A DNA stretch of 63,776 bases, filler included, from 7 parts of 7 records of this genome joined end to end with filler, not necessarily neighbours in it; one strand, 5' to 3'. Positions 47,112-58,396 are shown, counted from the whole stretch's first letter. The notes: generated by a model from the letters alone, not told the origin. A program made the numbers and translations.

Positions 47112-47789
47112 TTAGCGGCGGCGACGTACGGTGACGAGCGCACCGAGGCTGAGCAGGGCCATCGAGCCCGGCGCGGGGACGATGTTGAAGCGGACGTCGG
47201 CGATGAACGCGCCGTCATTGTCGGCGTACGCCCCGGGCTCACCGGTGAAGAAGCCCGCGTCGGCGAAGCCGAGGAAGAACCGTGTTGCGCCCGCGGGCAC
47301 CATGAATTCCTGCAGCGTCGAGCCGTCGGCCCAGCCGTCACCGATGAAGAACGACTGGCCGATCTCCGGCGCCAGCGACGCGAACTCAGAGCCCAGGTCG
47401 TAGAAGTCCAGACGGGAGGGAGTGCCGCTCTCTTCGGGCAGGTCGTCGGTCAGGAAGACGCCCACCAGGGGCAGCGTCGCGGGGTGGACCAGGCCCGAGA
47501 TGCCCTGGAACGAGCTGATGTCGGTGTCGTTGAGGGTGGAGGTGTTGCCGTCGGGGCCCGCCCATTCGAGGGTGTGGTGCGCACGCACCAGGCCGGTCAC
47601 TTCGGGAAGCGTGACGAAGTTGGCACCGTCCGGCACCGCGAGCATGGGCGGCAGCTGGCCGTCCAGCGTCGGGACGTCACGCCCGGCGTCGAAGATCGCG
47701 GCCTTTCCGTCTACGGGCACGATGTCGGCCGCGGCGATCTGGGCAATCCCTGCGAGCGCGACGATTCCAATGAGTTTGTTGTTGAGCAT
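47112..47789 (-). CDS. PEP-CTERM-type (VPAP) sorted surface protein
   Basis: Signal peptide; ends IVPAPGSMALLSLGALVTVRRRR; GGAGGAG RBS. Confidence 0.85.
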   Translation of the reverse strand: MLNNKLIGIVALAGIAQIAAADIVPVDGKAAIFDAGRDVPTLDGQLPPMLAVPDGANFVTLPEVTGLVRAHHTLEWAGPDGNTSTLNDTDISSFQGISGLVHPATLPLVGVFLTDDLPEESGTPSRLDFYDLGSEFASLAPEIGQSFFIGDGWADGSTLQEFMVPAGATRFFLGFADAGFFTGEPGAYADNDGAFIADVRFNIVPAPGSMALLSLGALVTVRRRR

Positions 47790-48058
47790 GGCTTCTCTCC
47801 TCCCCACCGATTTGCAATTGTCGTACGAAGCCCAATGCAAACACTGGGCATGCCGTCAACTCAAACATGCCACGGAAGTGGAGCTCTGCCAGAGACTTAG
47901 AGCGTTTTTGGAGAGAAGCGAATCTGGGGAATTTGTCAGCGGATCGCGATCTGCACAAGAAAGCAGCCGCCCGGGCGCTTCCGGGCGGCTGTGGTAATTT
48001 GGGCAAATTGGATCTGGTCAGGCCCGAGATTCTCGGACCTTGTGCCTGCGGGCCGGGA

Positions 48059-49393
48059 TCAGGGGAAGATGCCGCGGACCGAGTAGGCCTTGCCGATGTG
48101 ATCGAGTGCCGCGATGTAGGCCGCGGTCCGCAGATCGACGCCGTACTTCTGGCGGGCGACGACGGTGCGTCGCGCGGCCATGACCATGTGGCGGTTGAGC
48201 TCGCGGTCGACCTGCTCGATGTCCCAGTAGCTGCTGGTCTTGTTCTGGACCCACTCGAAGTAGGACACGGCCACGCCGCCGGCGTTGGCCAGGATGGCGG
48301 GGATGACCTCGATGCCGCGTTCGCTGAGCACGCGGTCGCCCTCGGGCGTGCAGGGGGCGTTGGCGCCTTCGGCGATGATTTTGGCGTTGATCATCGCAGC
48401 CTCGCGGTCGGTGATCATCTGCTCAAGAGCGGCGGGGATGAGCACATCCACCTGTGTTTGGTAGAACTCGTCGGTGGTGATCGCGTCGCCCGCGAACCCG
48501 GCGACGCCGCCGTGCTTCTCGCAGTGCTCGGCGAGACGGTGGGCGTCCAGACCCTTGTCGTCGCGGATCGCGCCGGTGTGGTCGGCGACGGCGACGATCT
48601 TGGCGTCCATGTCGTGCAGGATGCGTCCGGCCCACGAGCCCACGTTGCCGTAACCAAGAAGACTCACCCGCATGCCCTTGGTCTCCAGCCCGACCTCGGG
48701 GAGGAGCTCGACGAGGGTGTCTACGACGCCCTGGCCGGTGGCCTTGGTGCGGCCGAGCGATCCGCCGAACTCGACGGGTTTACCGGTGACTACGCGGAGC
48801 CCGTCGTTGGCGGCCTTGCCCTCGTTGGACATCATGTACGTGTCGGCGAACCACGCCATGTTCTGCGCGCTGGTGCCGACATCGGGCGCGGGGATGTCGT
48901 ACTCGGGCCCGATGATGTTCATGATCGCCGAGCAGAAGCGGCGGGTGATGCGTTCCATCTCGCGGGCGGAGTGCTCGCGGGGGTTGACCTTGACGCCGCC
49001 CTTGCCGCCGCCGAAGGGCACGCGGACCAGCGAGCACTTCATGGTCATCAGCAGCGCGAGGCTCTTGACGTCGTCGAGGTGGACGTCGTGGTGGAACCGG
49101 ATGCCGCCCTTGTAGGGGCCGAGCGCGTTGTTGTGCTGGACGCGGTAGCCCTTGAACAGCCTGTGGTGCCCGTCGTCCATCCGCACCGGGAAGTGGACCA
49201 TGACCTCGTTCTTGGGCTGCGCGAGGATGATCTTGACGCGGTGCTTCAGGTCGATGATGTCCGCCGCGTGGAGCATCGTCTCCACCGTCTGGTGGTAGAG
49301 GTTGTTGGGGTCCTGCGGGAAGTCGAGTTCCTTGAAGATGGGGTTGGAGTATTCCGCGGCGGACTCATTGGCGGACACGGCTGTGGTGCTCAT
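48059..49393 (-). CDS. gdhA: Glu/Leu/Phe/Val dehydrogenase (glutamate dehydrogenase type)
   Basis: GYRVQH...GPYKGGIRF, MTMKC, PFGGGKGG, DIPAPDVGT, GYGNVG, EGAN and SYFEWVQN motifs. Confidence 0.92.
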   Translation of the reverse strand: MSTTAVSANESAAEYSNPIFKELDFPQDPNNLYHQTVETMLHAADIIDLKHRVKIILAQPKNEVMVHFPVRMDDGHHRLFKGYRVQHNNALGPYKGGIRFHHDVHLDDVKSLALLMTMKCSLVRVPFGGGKGGVKVNPREHSAREMERITRRFCSAIMNIIGPEYDIPAPDVGTSAQNMAWFADTYMMSNEGKAANDGLRVVTGKPVEFGGSLGRTKATGQGVVDTLVELLPEVGLETKGMRVSLLGYGNVGSWAGRILHDMDAKIVAVADHTGAIRDDKGLDAHRLAEHCEKHGGVAGFAGDAITTDEFYQTQVDVLIPAALEQMITDREAAMINAKIIAEGANAPCTPEGDRVLSERGIEVIPAILANAGGVAVSYFEWVQNKTSSYWDIEQVDRELNRHMVMAARRTVVARQKYGVDLRTAAYIAALDHIGKAYSVRGIFP

Positions 49394-49467
49394 GGCTATC
49401 CTCCGGTAACGACGTTGACGACCCCGCTGATCCCTCCGCGAACCAACGGGGTGGTCGAGGAATCCAG

Positions 49468-49842
49468 ATGATACTCTTCATATGTGCCGATCTTCTATGG
49501 GCGACGCGAATCAAGTCGACCGCGGAGTCGGTCGGCGTGGCCGCCAGGCCGGCCCGAACGCTCGAAATGCTCGAGGCCAGGCTCGCCGATTCGCCCGTCC
49601 ACGCGCTGGTGGTCGATCTGGAAGCCGGCGATACGGGGCTGGGCCTGATCGAACGGCTCCGAGGGGAATCGGCCAGCGAGGCCGAGCGGGCCATCAGGGT
49701 GCTCGCGTTCGGCCCCCACGTGATGACCGACTTGTTCGCACAGGCCAGAGCCGCGGGAGCCGACCGTGTGGTCGCCAGAGGGGGCTTTGCCGCCCAATTG
49801 CCGCAGATCCTCCGAACACTCGACGACGTCGCCGCACCCTGA
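49468..49842 (+). CDS. Stand-alone receiver-like protein
   Basis: CheY-like alternation with LVVDL and AGADRVV; GAGG RBS. Confidence 0.65.
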   Translation: MILFICADLLWATRIKSTAESVGVAARPARTLEMLEARLADSPVHALVVDLEAGDTGLGLIERLRGESASEAERAIRVLAFGPHVMTDLFAQARAAGADRVVARGGFAAQLPQILRTLDDVAAP

Positions 49843-50028
49843 GCCCCATTCTGCATTCTCGCGGCGGGGGCTGGCGGGGCCTCGGGCATCCGGCTCTCAT
49901 CGGCCGAATCGCGGCCGCGCTGCAGTGCCAGACGGGGCCCACAGCGTGCTCGCAAGGGCCGATGGCGACGCCGTCGGCGGCGGGGGCAGTTTGCCAGTGG
50001 TTTACTTGGGATTGAACCGTTCGTCCGA

Positions 50029-50688
50029 TCAGTCGCGCCGGCGACGGGTGGCGATGCCGACCAAGCTCAGGGCCGCCATCGCGGCGCCGCTCGGCAGGGG
50101 CACGACGTTCATCGGCAGGTTCGCTCCGTTGACGCTGCTGTCCTCAAACTCGCGCAGCGCGTGGTCCCCGCCGACGCCCGGGCCGCGACGGTCCCGGTTG
50201 CTCACGTCGAATCTCCGCAGCGAGTGCAGCCAGAAGCCAAACGAATCTGACGATCCGGCGTCGGCCCCGTCGGGGTTGTAGCCGAGGATGTTCGCGGCAT
50301 CGACGCTGAGGGTGAATCCGCCGAGGAGATCAGAGTTGGCCGCGGTGCCAACTCCGCTTCCATCACTCTCACCGCTGTGCGCAGGCTCCAACCTGACCGG
50401 TGTTGCGAATCGGCCCCCGACTTGGCCGGTCCCGCCCGTCGCAGCGGTCGAGAACCGCGCCATCTCGAAGCGGTAGCCACCAAACTGGAACCCCGGGTTG
50501 CACGCGAGCGCGGCCTCGAAGAAAAGGCGATTCGTGACCGGATCGAACGCCGACCGGGCCGGCTCGTGCGTCCCGGACCAACCGGTGGCGGCGGTGTTGT
50601 TGCGGAATGAATACGTCGGTTCGGCGGAGGCGGAGCTTGCCGCCACACCCGCCGCGAGCGCAGCGATAGCCATCGTTCTCATGAACAT
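50029..50688 (-). CDS. PEP-CTERM-type (VPLP) sorted surface protein
   Basis: Signal peptide (ASA); ends VVPLPSGAAMAALSLVGIATRRRRD; GGAGGAG RBS. Confidence 0.8.
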   Translation of the reverse strand: MFMRTMAIAALAAGVAASSASAEPTYSFRNNTAATGWSGTHEPARSAFDPVTNRLFFEAALACNPGFQFGGYRFEMARFSTAATGGTGQVGGRFATPVRLEPAHSGESDGSGVGTAANSDLLGGFTLSVDAANILGYNPDGADAGSSDSFGFWLHSLRRFDVSNRDRRGPGVGGDHALREFEDSSVNGANLPMNVVPLPSGAAMAALSLVGIATRRRRD

Positions 50689-50904
50689 CTCTCCTCCAAA
50701 GCGGTCCGGGGCGAGGTGCCGAAAGCCGCACCACACCACAGTGAACCTAAAGCGCCGCGGGCCTGCCGCAAGGCATCGCGAGGGAGAAAGGCGACTTCTT
50801 CCCGATTGCGTGTGTTCTTGGACCATCGCGAGCGGACGGTCGGCCGCGGCCACTCGGGCGAGTTATCCAGCTTGGTTACCCAGCGTGCCCACTCTCACAC
50901 ACTC

Positions 50905-51004
50905 NNNNNNNNNNNNNNNNNNNNNNNNNNNNNNNNNNNNNNNNNNNNTTAATTAATTAANNNNNNNNNNNNNNNNNNNNNNNNNNNNNNNNNNNNNNNN
51001 NNNN
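50905..51004. other. Artificial contig linker
   Basis: N-run, TTAATTAATTAA, N-run. Confidence 0.98.
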
Positions 51005-51514
51005 GCCGTCGGCCACATAGAACTGGAACAGGCAGTGGCACGGTGGCAACGCCTGCTTGCCCGCGGCGGCATTGGCATCCGGCGAAATGGACGGGTCCGG
51101 CAATACCGCCGGGTTCCAGGCGCTGACCACCAGGCGTCGGGAGTCCGGGTTGCGCTTGATTTCTTCCAGCACCTCGCTGATCTGGTCAATCACTGTGCCA
51201 TCCGGGGTTTTCCAGCTACGCCACTGCTCACCATAAACCGGGCCCAGCTCGCCCTCAGGGGTCGCCCAGCCATCCCAGATGGATACCCCGTTTTCTTTCA
51301 GGTAGCGGATATTGGTATCACCGGACAGGAACCACAGCAGCTCATGAATAATCGAGCGCAGGTGCAGCTTCTTGGTGGTGAGCATGGGAAAACCCTGACT
51401 CAGGTCGTAACGCATCTGATAGCCAAACACCGCATAGGTGCCGGTACCGGTACGGTCTTCCTTATAGGTGCCGTGCTCGCGGACGTGACGAAGCAGATCA
51501 AGATATTGCTTCAT
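51005..51514 (-). CDS. thyA: Thymidylate synthase, 5' part
   Basis: [34 protein letters not shown] and ALPPCH..FQF motifs. Confidence 0.97.
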
Positions 51515-52308
51515 GGCTTCACTCCTCGCTCATCGTTTCGATACGCCCAAACCAGCATGGCAATACCGAGAATAATCATCGGGATGCTCAGCAGCATACC
51601 CATGGTCAACCAGCCGCCAGCCAGATAACCGATGTGGGCGTCCGGCTCCCGGAAGAGTTCCACAAAGGTGCGTGCGCAGCCATAACCGATACCGAACAGG
51701 GCCGTCACCGCCCCCGCCGGGCGAGGTTTGGCCGAATACACCCACAACACCAGAAACAGCACTACACCTTCCAGCATCATCTCGTACAGCTGGGAAGGAT
51801 GCCGCGCGATCTGCAGCGGATCGGTGGGAAACACCATGGCCCAGGGGGCATCACTGGCGCGGCCCCACAGCTCAGCATTCATGAAATTACCGAAGCGGCC
51901 TGTGGCCAACCCGATGGGTACCATGGGCACCATGAAATCCGCCACCTGAAAATACCGTTTGCCGGTTTTCCGGGCGAACAGCCAGAAGGCCACCAGCACC
52001 CCGATGGCGCCACCGTGGAAACTCATGCCCCCGGTCCACACCGCAAACAGCCACAGAGGGTCAGCCAGGAACTTGTCGATATTATAGAAGAACACGTAGC
52101 CAAGCCGGCCACCGACGATCACGCCCATGGCACCGTAAAACACCAGATCGCCCACCTGATCCTTGGTCCAGCCGGAATGGGGCTGCTTCGCCCGGTACAT
52201 GCCCAGCAACCAGGCCGCAGCAAAACCGAACATATACATCAGGCCGTACCAGTGCACTTTCAGGGGGCCGAGGGCGAACGCCACCGGGTCGATCTGCGGG
52301 AATTCCAT
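51511..52308 (-). CDS. lgt: Prolipoprotein diacylglyceryl transferase
   Basis: [39 protein letters not shown] and HPSQLYE motifs. Confidence 0.97.
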   Translation of the reverse strand: MEFPQIDPVAFALGPLKVHWYGLMYMFGFAAAWLLGMYRAKQPHSGWTKDQVGDLVFYGAMGVIVGGRLGYVFFYNIDKFLADPLWLFAVWTGGMSFHGGAIGVLVAFWLFARKTGKRYFQVADFMVPMVPIGLATGRFGNFMNAELWGRASDAPWAMVFPTDPLQIARHPSQLYEMMLEGVVLFLVLWVYSAKPRPAGAVTALFGIGYGCARTFVELFREPDAHIGYLAGGWLTMGMLLSIPMIILGIAMLVWAYRNDERGVKP

Positions 52309-52314
52309 AGGTTG

Positions 52315-53118
52315 TTATCCAAAAGCCAGTTTGAGGCCAAGCACAAAAAGCACCAGAGCGAAGACCTTTTTCAAGGTGGCGGACGGCAGCCGGTGGCTGA
52401 GCCGCGCACTCAAGCGCGCAAACGGGAAGCTGGTGAGCACTATACCGGCTGTGGCAGGCAAAAACACATAGCCCAGCGCCCCATCCGGCAAGTGCTGCTC
52501 ATTCCAGCCCGCCACCGCAAACCCCAGTGTGCCGGCAATCGCAATCGGCAGCCCACAGGCAGAGGAAATGGCCACGGCTTCCTGCATTTTCAACCGGCAC
52601 CAGCTCAGAAACGGCACCGTCAACGAGCCACCGCCGATACCGAAAATGGCGGAACCGGTTCCGATCAGCAGTCCAGCCAATCCCAGCCCCGGCGCCCCGG
52701 GCACCCGTTGCGGCAGGCTTTCATCCACCGTTTTACGCCCCACCAGCAACATCTGCAGGGCAATCAACATGGCAAACAGACCGAACAAGCGGGTCAACAG
52801 TTCCCCTTTCATGGCATCGGCAATGAATGCCCCGGCGAAGGCCCCCAGCACAATGCCTACCCCCAAACGCAATGCCACCGGCCAGCGCACGAAGCCGGCT
52901 TTGTGATGCGTGCGCACCGCGCTGATAGAGGTAATGATGATGGTACTCAAGGACGTGGCCACCGCCATCTTGGCAACCAGCTCATCGGGAAATCCCAGGC
53001 CGTGAAACAGAAAAATCAGGGCCGGCACGATGACCACGCCCCCACCCAATCCGAGCGCCCCGGCCAGCAGGCCAGCGCCCACACCAACCCCCAGACAGAT
53101 CAGAAACAGTTCCAGCAC
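52315..53118 (-). CDS. TauE/SafE family sulfite exporter
   Basis: GLLAGALGLGGG...VP repeated as FGIGGGSLTVP; ATSL. Confidence 0.9.
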   Translation of the reverse strand: MLELFLICLGVGVGAGLLAGALGLGGGVVIVPALIFLFHGLGFPDELVAKMAVATSLSTIIITSISAVRTHHKAGFVRWPVALRLGVGIVLGAFAGAFIADAMKGELLTRLFGLFAMLIALQMLLVGRKTVDESLPQRVPGAPGLGLAGLLIGTGSAIFGIGGGSLTVPFLSWCRLKMQEAVAISSACGLPIAIAGTLGFAVAGWNEQHLPDGALGYVFLPATAGIVLTSFPFARLSARLSHRLPSATLKKVFALVLFVLGLKLAFG

Positions 53119-53286
53119 AACCTCTCCAACACAACTCGCGGCAAGGTAGGTATGCTAGCACGGGTGAATGCCGGACGCCGGACGCTCGAGGCCTGACGCT
53201 GCCCCCTGTCAGGGCCCAACCATTGGAACAACAACCCAACAGTGTTGGTGGCGTCAGGCGTGCGAGAGACAAAAGAAGGAAAACCC

Positions 53287-54060
53287 ATGTGCATTGTTCT
53301 GCTCGACTGGCAGCCTGGATCAAACACACCATTGAAAGTAGCAGCGAACCGGGATGAGTTTCATGCACGGCCGGCGGAAGCGGCGCGCTGGCGCGGCGAC
53401 ATTTTCTGTGGGCTGGACCTGACCGCCGGCGGCACCTGGCTGGGCATCCACCGAAATGGTCGCTTCGCCGTCGTCACCAACTACCGCGAGCCCATCACTG
53501 ACCGCCAACCCGGTGAACGCTCCCGGGGCCTGCTGCCCTTCGCCTTTCTGGAAGGGGCACAAACCCCGGAACAGTTCAGCCACACCCTCGCAGAAGAGCA
53601 GCATCACTACGGCGCCTTCAACCTGCTGGTGGGCACCGTGAGCGCAGACACCAGCCACGACAGCCTGTGGTATCTGGGCAACCGTGGCGCGGCGCCGCAG
53701 GCGGTCCAGCCCGGCATTCACGGCCTCAGCAATGGCCTGCTGGACGATCCCTGGCCCAAGGTGGAACGAGCCAAACAGAACCTGGCCGACGCCACCGACG
53801 CCGGCGGGAGTCTGGAGCAGCTACTGCAGGTGGTTAACGATCATTATCAACCCAGCGACAGCGAACTGCCCGACACCGGTGTGGGGATGGATCTTGAGCG
53901 GCTGGTGGCGCCCGTCTTTATCCAGTCGGAAACCTACGGCACCCGCGCCAGCAGCGCGGTGATTCTGGACCGTGACCAGGGGCCGCAAATGCTGGAGCAA
54001 GTGTGGCAACCGGACGGCCACGCCGCCGGGCACCCGAATTGCAGCTTCAGCAACGCTTAA
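53287..54060 (+). CDS. NRDE/TANGO2 family protein
   Basis: MC start; AANRDEF, GGTWLG, SRG.L, YGAFNL and YGTRAS motifs. Confidence 0.92.
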   Translation: MCIVLLDWQPGSNTPLKVAANRDEFHARPAEAARWRGDIFCGLDLTAGGTWLGIHRNGRFAVVTNYREPITDRQPGERSRGLLPFAFLEGAQTPEQFSHTLAEEQHHYGAFNLLVGTVSADTSHDSLWYLGNRGAAPQAVQPGIHGLSNGLLDDPWPKVERAKQNLADATDAGGSLEQLLQVVNDHYQPSDSELPDTGVGMDLERLVAPVFIQSETYGTRASSAVILDRDQGPQMLEQVWQPDGHAAGHPNCSFSNA

Positions 54061-54095
54061 CCGCTGTCTGGGAAAACCTTGTTGCAGGCCGGCCC

Positions 54096-55529
54096 TTACT
54101 CCTCGCCCAACATCACCCCGGCATAAAAACGCACCATCCGCGGGTACTGCTCTCTGGACAGGCGTTCGTTGTGGCCATGAAAGCGTGGCAAGTCGTCTTG
54201 ACTCAGGGCAACAGGCATAAAGCGGAAAATCTGATCGGACACGGCCTGATAATGGCGCGCATCCGTGCCGGCGATCAGCAGGAAAGGCGCCACCACCGGT
54301 TGCTCCGGCAGTGACCTCGCAAGGCCCGCCAAACGCTCAAAGGCGGGGGAAGGAATCTCACTGGTCGGTGACGGGTCAGACAGAAAGGTGTCCAGGGGCG
54401 TCACGGTAATCGAATCCGGCAACTGTTCTTCCAGATAGGCCAGCAAGGATTCACGGCTTTCCCCCGGCGCCAGGCGGAAGTTGATGGTCGCTTCGGCAGT
54501 GGCGGGGAGTACATTATCCTTCACCCCGGCACGCAACAGCGTGGGTGACATGGTGGTGCGAACCAGGGCATTGGTTTCCGGTTTGCCGGATAACTGCTTC
54601 ACGATTAACGGCTCAAACAACCACAGATTGGCAAACACCATTCGCTTGGCAAACGGCTGGTACGGCGCGACTTGCTGCAGCATTTTGCGGGTAGGCTCGC
54701 TCAACCCGGCAGGGCGAGGATTATCCTGCAAGGCCGCAATCGCGCTGGCCAGATCCCCCACCGCCGTTTTCGCTGGCGGGCGGGAGGAATGCCCTGGTTC
54801 CGCGCGGGCTTCCAAAGTCACGGTCATGTAGCCTTTCTCGGCAATGCCGATCAGCGCCACCGGCTGCTCAATGCCCAAGGTGCTGCCGGGCAACATCATG
54901 CCGCCCTCATCCAATACCATGCCGAACCGCAGATCCTGCTCTGCCATCCAGCCCGCCATGCGGCTGGCGCCTTCACTGCCACCGGTTTCTTCATCGTGAC
55001 CAAACGCCAGCCAGACATCACAGGCCGGCGTGCGACCTTCCGCCAGCAAGGCTTCGGTGGCTTCCAGGATCGCCATCAGGCTGCCCTTGTCATCCATGGC
55101 ACCACGGCCCCAGACAAACTGTGAATCCACCACGCCGGCGAAAGGCGGGTGTTCCCAGGCATCCGGGGACGACACCGGCACCACATCCTGATGGGCCAAC
55201 AGCAAGACAGGCACACAATCATTGCCGGAGTCCCAGTGGTAAAGCAGGCTGTGACCAAAGGTTTTCAGCGTGAGCGCCTCATGGCTCAACGGGAAAGACT
55301 GGCGCAGGAAATCATGGAAGCCATCAAAGGCTTGCGGCTGATTCGGCAAAGTAGCAAATCGCAGGGCACGGGAGAGACGTGCCGTCATCTCGGATTCGTT
55401 CAATGCAGATTCAAAAACCGGCAGAGGGATAACCGCTTCGCTGGGCTCTTTTACCTTCAAGGTGTTGAACAACAGCACCGCCAACAACACAAGCAACGCC
55501 ACCACGATCAACAAGAACGCGCGCTTCAT
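54096..55529 (-). CDS. M20-family peptidase / amidohydrolase with N-terminal membrane anchor
   Basis: LLAHQDVVP, WGRGAMDDKG, GHDEE, LDEGG, GHSS.PP and FHGHNER motifs. Confidence 0.9.
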   Translation of the reverse strand: MKRAFLLIVVALLVLLAVLLFNTLKVKEPSEAVIPLPVFESALNESEMTARLSRALRFATLPNQPQAFDGFHDFLRQSFPLSHEALTLKTFGHSLLYHWDSGNDCVPVLLLAHQDVVPVSSPDAWEHPPFAGVVDSQFVWGRGAMDDKGSLMAILEATEALLAEGRTPACDVWLAFGHDEETGGSEGASRMAGWMAEQDLRFGMVLDEGGMMLPGSTLGIEQPVALIGIAEKGYMTVTLEARAEPGHSSRPPAKTAVGDLASAIAALQDNPRPAGLSEPTRKMLQQVAPYQPFAKRMVFANLWLFEPLIVKQLSGKPETNALVRTTMSPTLLRAGVKDNVLPATAEATINFRLAPGESRESLLAYLEEQLPDSITVTPLDTFLSDPSPTSEIPSPAFERLAGLARSLPEQPVVAPFLLIAGTDARHYQAVSDQIFRFMPVALSQDDLPRFHGHNERLSREQYPRMVRFYAGVMLGEE

Positions 55530-55584
55530 GACTCTCTCCCGGTTAACTTTTATTGTTTTAACGCCGACACGATCCATATTCGTG

Positions 55585-57858
55585 TCAGGACAATACCTTG
55601 CGATTGCGCAACAAATCGCCCAGCCCGGCCTTGGTGAGTTGCAAGTCCACGTAAGAGGCAATCACCTCGCCGTTATCCATGGCCAGCACTTCATTGAGAA
55701 GACGGCGGACAAAGCTGATATTCACTTGACGAATAGCGGCTTTCACTTTCAACAGGTTGGATGCATTCATGGAGAGCACGTCCACGCCCATGGCCATCAA
55801 TAGCAAGGCCGCGCTGGGCTCCCCTGCCATCTCGCCACAAACTGACACCGGCGTGTCTTCTTCGCGAGCCTGCTCCACCACATGCAGCAGCGCATGCAGC
55901 ACTGCCGGGTGATAGGAGTTATAAAGTGCTGCCACCTGGCGATTGTTACGGTCCACCGCCAACAAATACTGGGTCAGGTCATTGGTGCCCACGGACAAAA
56001 AATCCACCCGCTGAGCCAGTGCCCGGGCCTGATATACCGACGCCGGCACTTCGATCATCACGCCCACTGGCGGCATGGACACATCCAGCCCTTCGTCCCG
56101 CACCTCCAGCCAGGCACGGTGAATCAAATGCTGCGCTTCTTCCGCCTCAATCACGCTGGTGATCATGGGCAACATGATGCGCAGATTATTCAGCCCCTCG
56201 CTGGCCTTGATCATGGCACGCACCTGCACCATGAAAATTTCCGGGTGGTCCAGGGTGACACGGATACCGCGCCAACCCAGGAAGGGGTTTTCATCTTCAA
56301 TAGGGAAATAGCTCAGGGATTTATCGCCGCCGATATCCAGAGTGCGCATGGTCACCGAATGGGGAGCAAAGGCCGCCAGCTGCTCGCGGTAAATCACCCG
56401 CTGCTCTTCTTCCGACGGGAAACGGTCGCGGACCATAAACGGAATTTCCGTCCGGTACAGGCCCACCCCTTCCGCACCCCGCTCCAGCGAGCGATTGATG
56501 TCAGTCATCAGGCCGGTATTTACCTGCAATTTAATCCGCGAGCCGTCCAGGGTTTGCGCCGGTTCATCGCGCAGTTTTTCCAGGCCGGCCTGAAGGCTCT
56601 CTTCCTCGGCAATAATTTCCTGGAACTGTTGCTTGAGCTCCGGCGAGGCATTGGCCACCACCCGCCCCCGGAAACCATCGACGATGATTTCCTTGTCGTC
56701 CATTTGCTTGAGGGGCAGATTCTGTGCGCCCACCACGGTGGGAATCCCCATGGCCCGCGCGACAATGGCCATATGTGAGTTGCGCGAGCCACGGGTGGTA
56801 ACGATGCCGCGCACCCGCTCACGGGGCACTTCCATCAGCATGGGCGCGGAAATATCTTCGCCGAGCAAAATGCATTCGTCGGGAAAGATGACGTGACGCC
56901 GGGTCTGGCTCTGCAGCTGCGCCAGCACCCGACGCCCCAGATCACGCACATCCGCCGCCCGCTCACGCAGATACGGGTCATCCATCATTTCGAAATTACG
57001 CACATGGGCATCGACCACCGTGCGCAAGGCGCCCTGGGCCCACTGCCCTTCGCGGATCTGGGCGATCACTTCCGCTGGCAGAGCGTGGCGGTCCAGCATG
57101 CGCAGATAGACATCAAACAACGCTTGCTCTTCCGCCCCCAGCGAGCGAGAGGCCCGCTCGGCCAGATCACGGATTTCCTGACGCACACGCACCAGCGCAT
57201 CGTCCAGCCGGGAAATTTCGTCGCTCACATCAGCAACGGCACGATCCGGCACGGAGGCCAGGTCCGCCTCCGGAAACAGCAACACGCCATGGCCAATGGC
57301 TGCGCCGGGGCAACCGGGCAGGCCGTCATAGAAACTGGGCAAATCGCCGCTGCCACCCAACTGGTCGAACAACACACCCGAGGCATGGGCATGGGCAATA
57401 ACCGCCGACAGCTGGGCGGAGATGGTCACCAGAAAGGCTTCTTCGCTCTGGTCGAAACGGCGCACATCGCGCTGCTGGACCACCATGACACCAAGCACCT
57501 TACCGTGGTGCATCACCGGCACACCCAGGAAAGCATGGAAGGCATCTTCCCCGGTTTCTGCCAGATAATGGAATTTCGGATGGGTAAAGGCGTCTTCCAG
57601 ATTGATAGGTTCTTCGCGCAGGCCCACCTGCCCCACCAACCCCTCCGACAGGCCCAGACTCACCTTGCCCACGGCTTCCTGCTTCAGCCCTTCCGAGGCC
57701 ATCAGCATGTAGCGCTGCTCTTCCTCGTCACGAAGATAGATGGAGCACACTTCCGTGCCCATGGCATCGCGAACCCGCTTGGCCATCAAATCCAGCGCAC
57801 TGGGGATATCCGCTGCGTTGTTCACTTCCTGAACAATTCTCCGCAGGGTATCAAGCAT
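55585..57858 (-). CDS. ptsP: Phosphoenolpyruvate-protein phosphotransferase EI-Ntr
   Basis: N-terminal GAF domain; [26 protein letters not shown] and VGTNDLTQY motifs. Confidence 0.97.
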   Translation of the reverse strand: MLDTLRRIVQEVNNAADIPSALDLMAKRVRDAMGTEVCSIYLRDEEEQRYMLMASEGLKQEAVGKVSLGLSEGLVGQVGLREEPINLEDAFTHPKFHYLAETGEDAFHAFLGVPVMHHGKVLGVMVVQQRDVRRFDQSEEAFLVTISAQLSAVIAHAHASGVLFDQLGGSGDLPSFYDGLPGCPGAAIGHGVLLFPEADLASVPDRAVADVSDEISRLDDALVRVRQEIRDLAERASRSLGAEEQALFDVYLRMLDRHALPAEVIAQIREGQWAQGALRTVVDAHVRNFEMMDDPYLRERAADVRDLGRRVLAQLQSQTRRHVIFPDECILLGEDISAPMLMEVPRERVRGIVTTRGSRNSHMAIVARAMGIPTVVGAQNLPLKQMDDKEIIVDGFRGRVVANASPELKQQFQEIIAEEESLQAGLEKLRDEPAQTLDGSRIKLQVNTGLMTDINRSLERGAEGVGLYRTEIPFMVRDRFPSEEEQRVIYREQLAAFAPHSVTMRTLDIGGDKSLSYFPIEDENPFLGWRGIRVTLDHPEIFMVQVRAMIKASEGLNNLRIMLPMITSVIEAEEAQHLIHRAWLEVRDEGLDVSMPPVGVMIEVPASVYQARALAQRVDFLSVGTNDLTQYLLAVDRNNRQVAALYNSYHPAVLHALLHVVEQAREEDTPVSVCGEMAGEPSAALLLMAMGVDVLSMNASNLLKVKAAIRQVNISFVRRLLNEVLAMDNGEVIASYVDLQLTKAGLGDLLRNRKVLS

Positions 57859-58396
57859 CAGACGTGTCTCCAGAGGTAGACGGGTTTGGGGAACGCACGC
57901 CCGGCGTTCCCTTCTTCAGGGCCGGGGCCAGTTCACGCAAGGCGCGGGCATAGACCCCGCGCTTGAAATGCACCACCTTGCGAATCGGATACCAGTAATT
58001 GACCCAGCGCCAGTCCTTGAACTCCGGACTATCGCTGGCGAACAGGTCAATGGCCTGCTCCTCCGCCGTCAGCTGCAACAAAAACCATTTCTGCCGCTGG
58101 CCAATGCAATGCGGGCGATTGCGGGGCCGGCGCAGAAAACGGCGCGGCAGACGATAGGTCAGCCAGCCTTCCGTGCTGGCAATAATGTCCACATGCTCCG
58201 GCAGCAGGCCCACCTCTTCTTCCAGCTCGCGAAACAGCGTTTCTTCCGGGGTTTCCCCGGGCATCATGCCGCCCTGCGGAAATTGCCAGGCATCACGGTT
58301 GCCCACCCGGCGACCCCAAAATACCCGGCCATCCTGGCCGGCAATAATGATCCCGACATTCAGCCGAAACCCTTTGTCATCAATAATGCCTGTCAT
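57851..58396 (-). CDS. rppH: RNA pyrophosphohydrolase
   Basis: GFRLNVGII, Nudix box WQFPQGG...[16 protein letters not shown]; upstream of ptsP. Confidence 0.96.
   Translation of the reverse strand: MTGIIDDKGFRLNVGIIIAGQDGRVFWGRRVGNRDAWQFPQGGMMPGETPEETLFRELEEEVGLLPEHVDIIASTEGWLTYRLPRRFLRRPRNRPHCIGQRQKWFLLQLTAEEQAIDLFASDSPEFKDWRWVNYWYPIRKVVHFKRGVYARALRELAPALKKGTPGVRSPNPSTSGDTSDA

Noticed and set aside
47867..49471. 534-aa plus-strand ORF opposite gdhA
   Set aside because: Antisense frame kept open by GC-rich codon bias; the minus strand carries the dehydrogenase motifs.
51634..53196. 520-aa plus-strand ORF
   Set aside because: Antisense shadow of lgt and the TauE gene.
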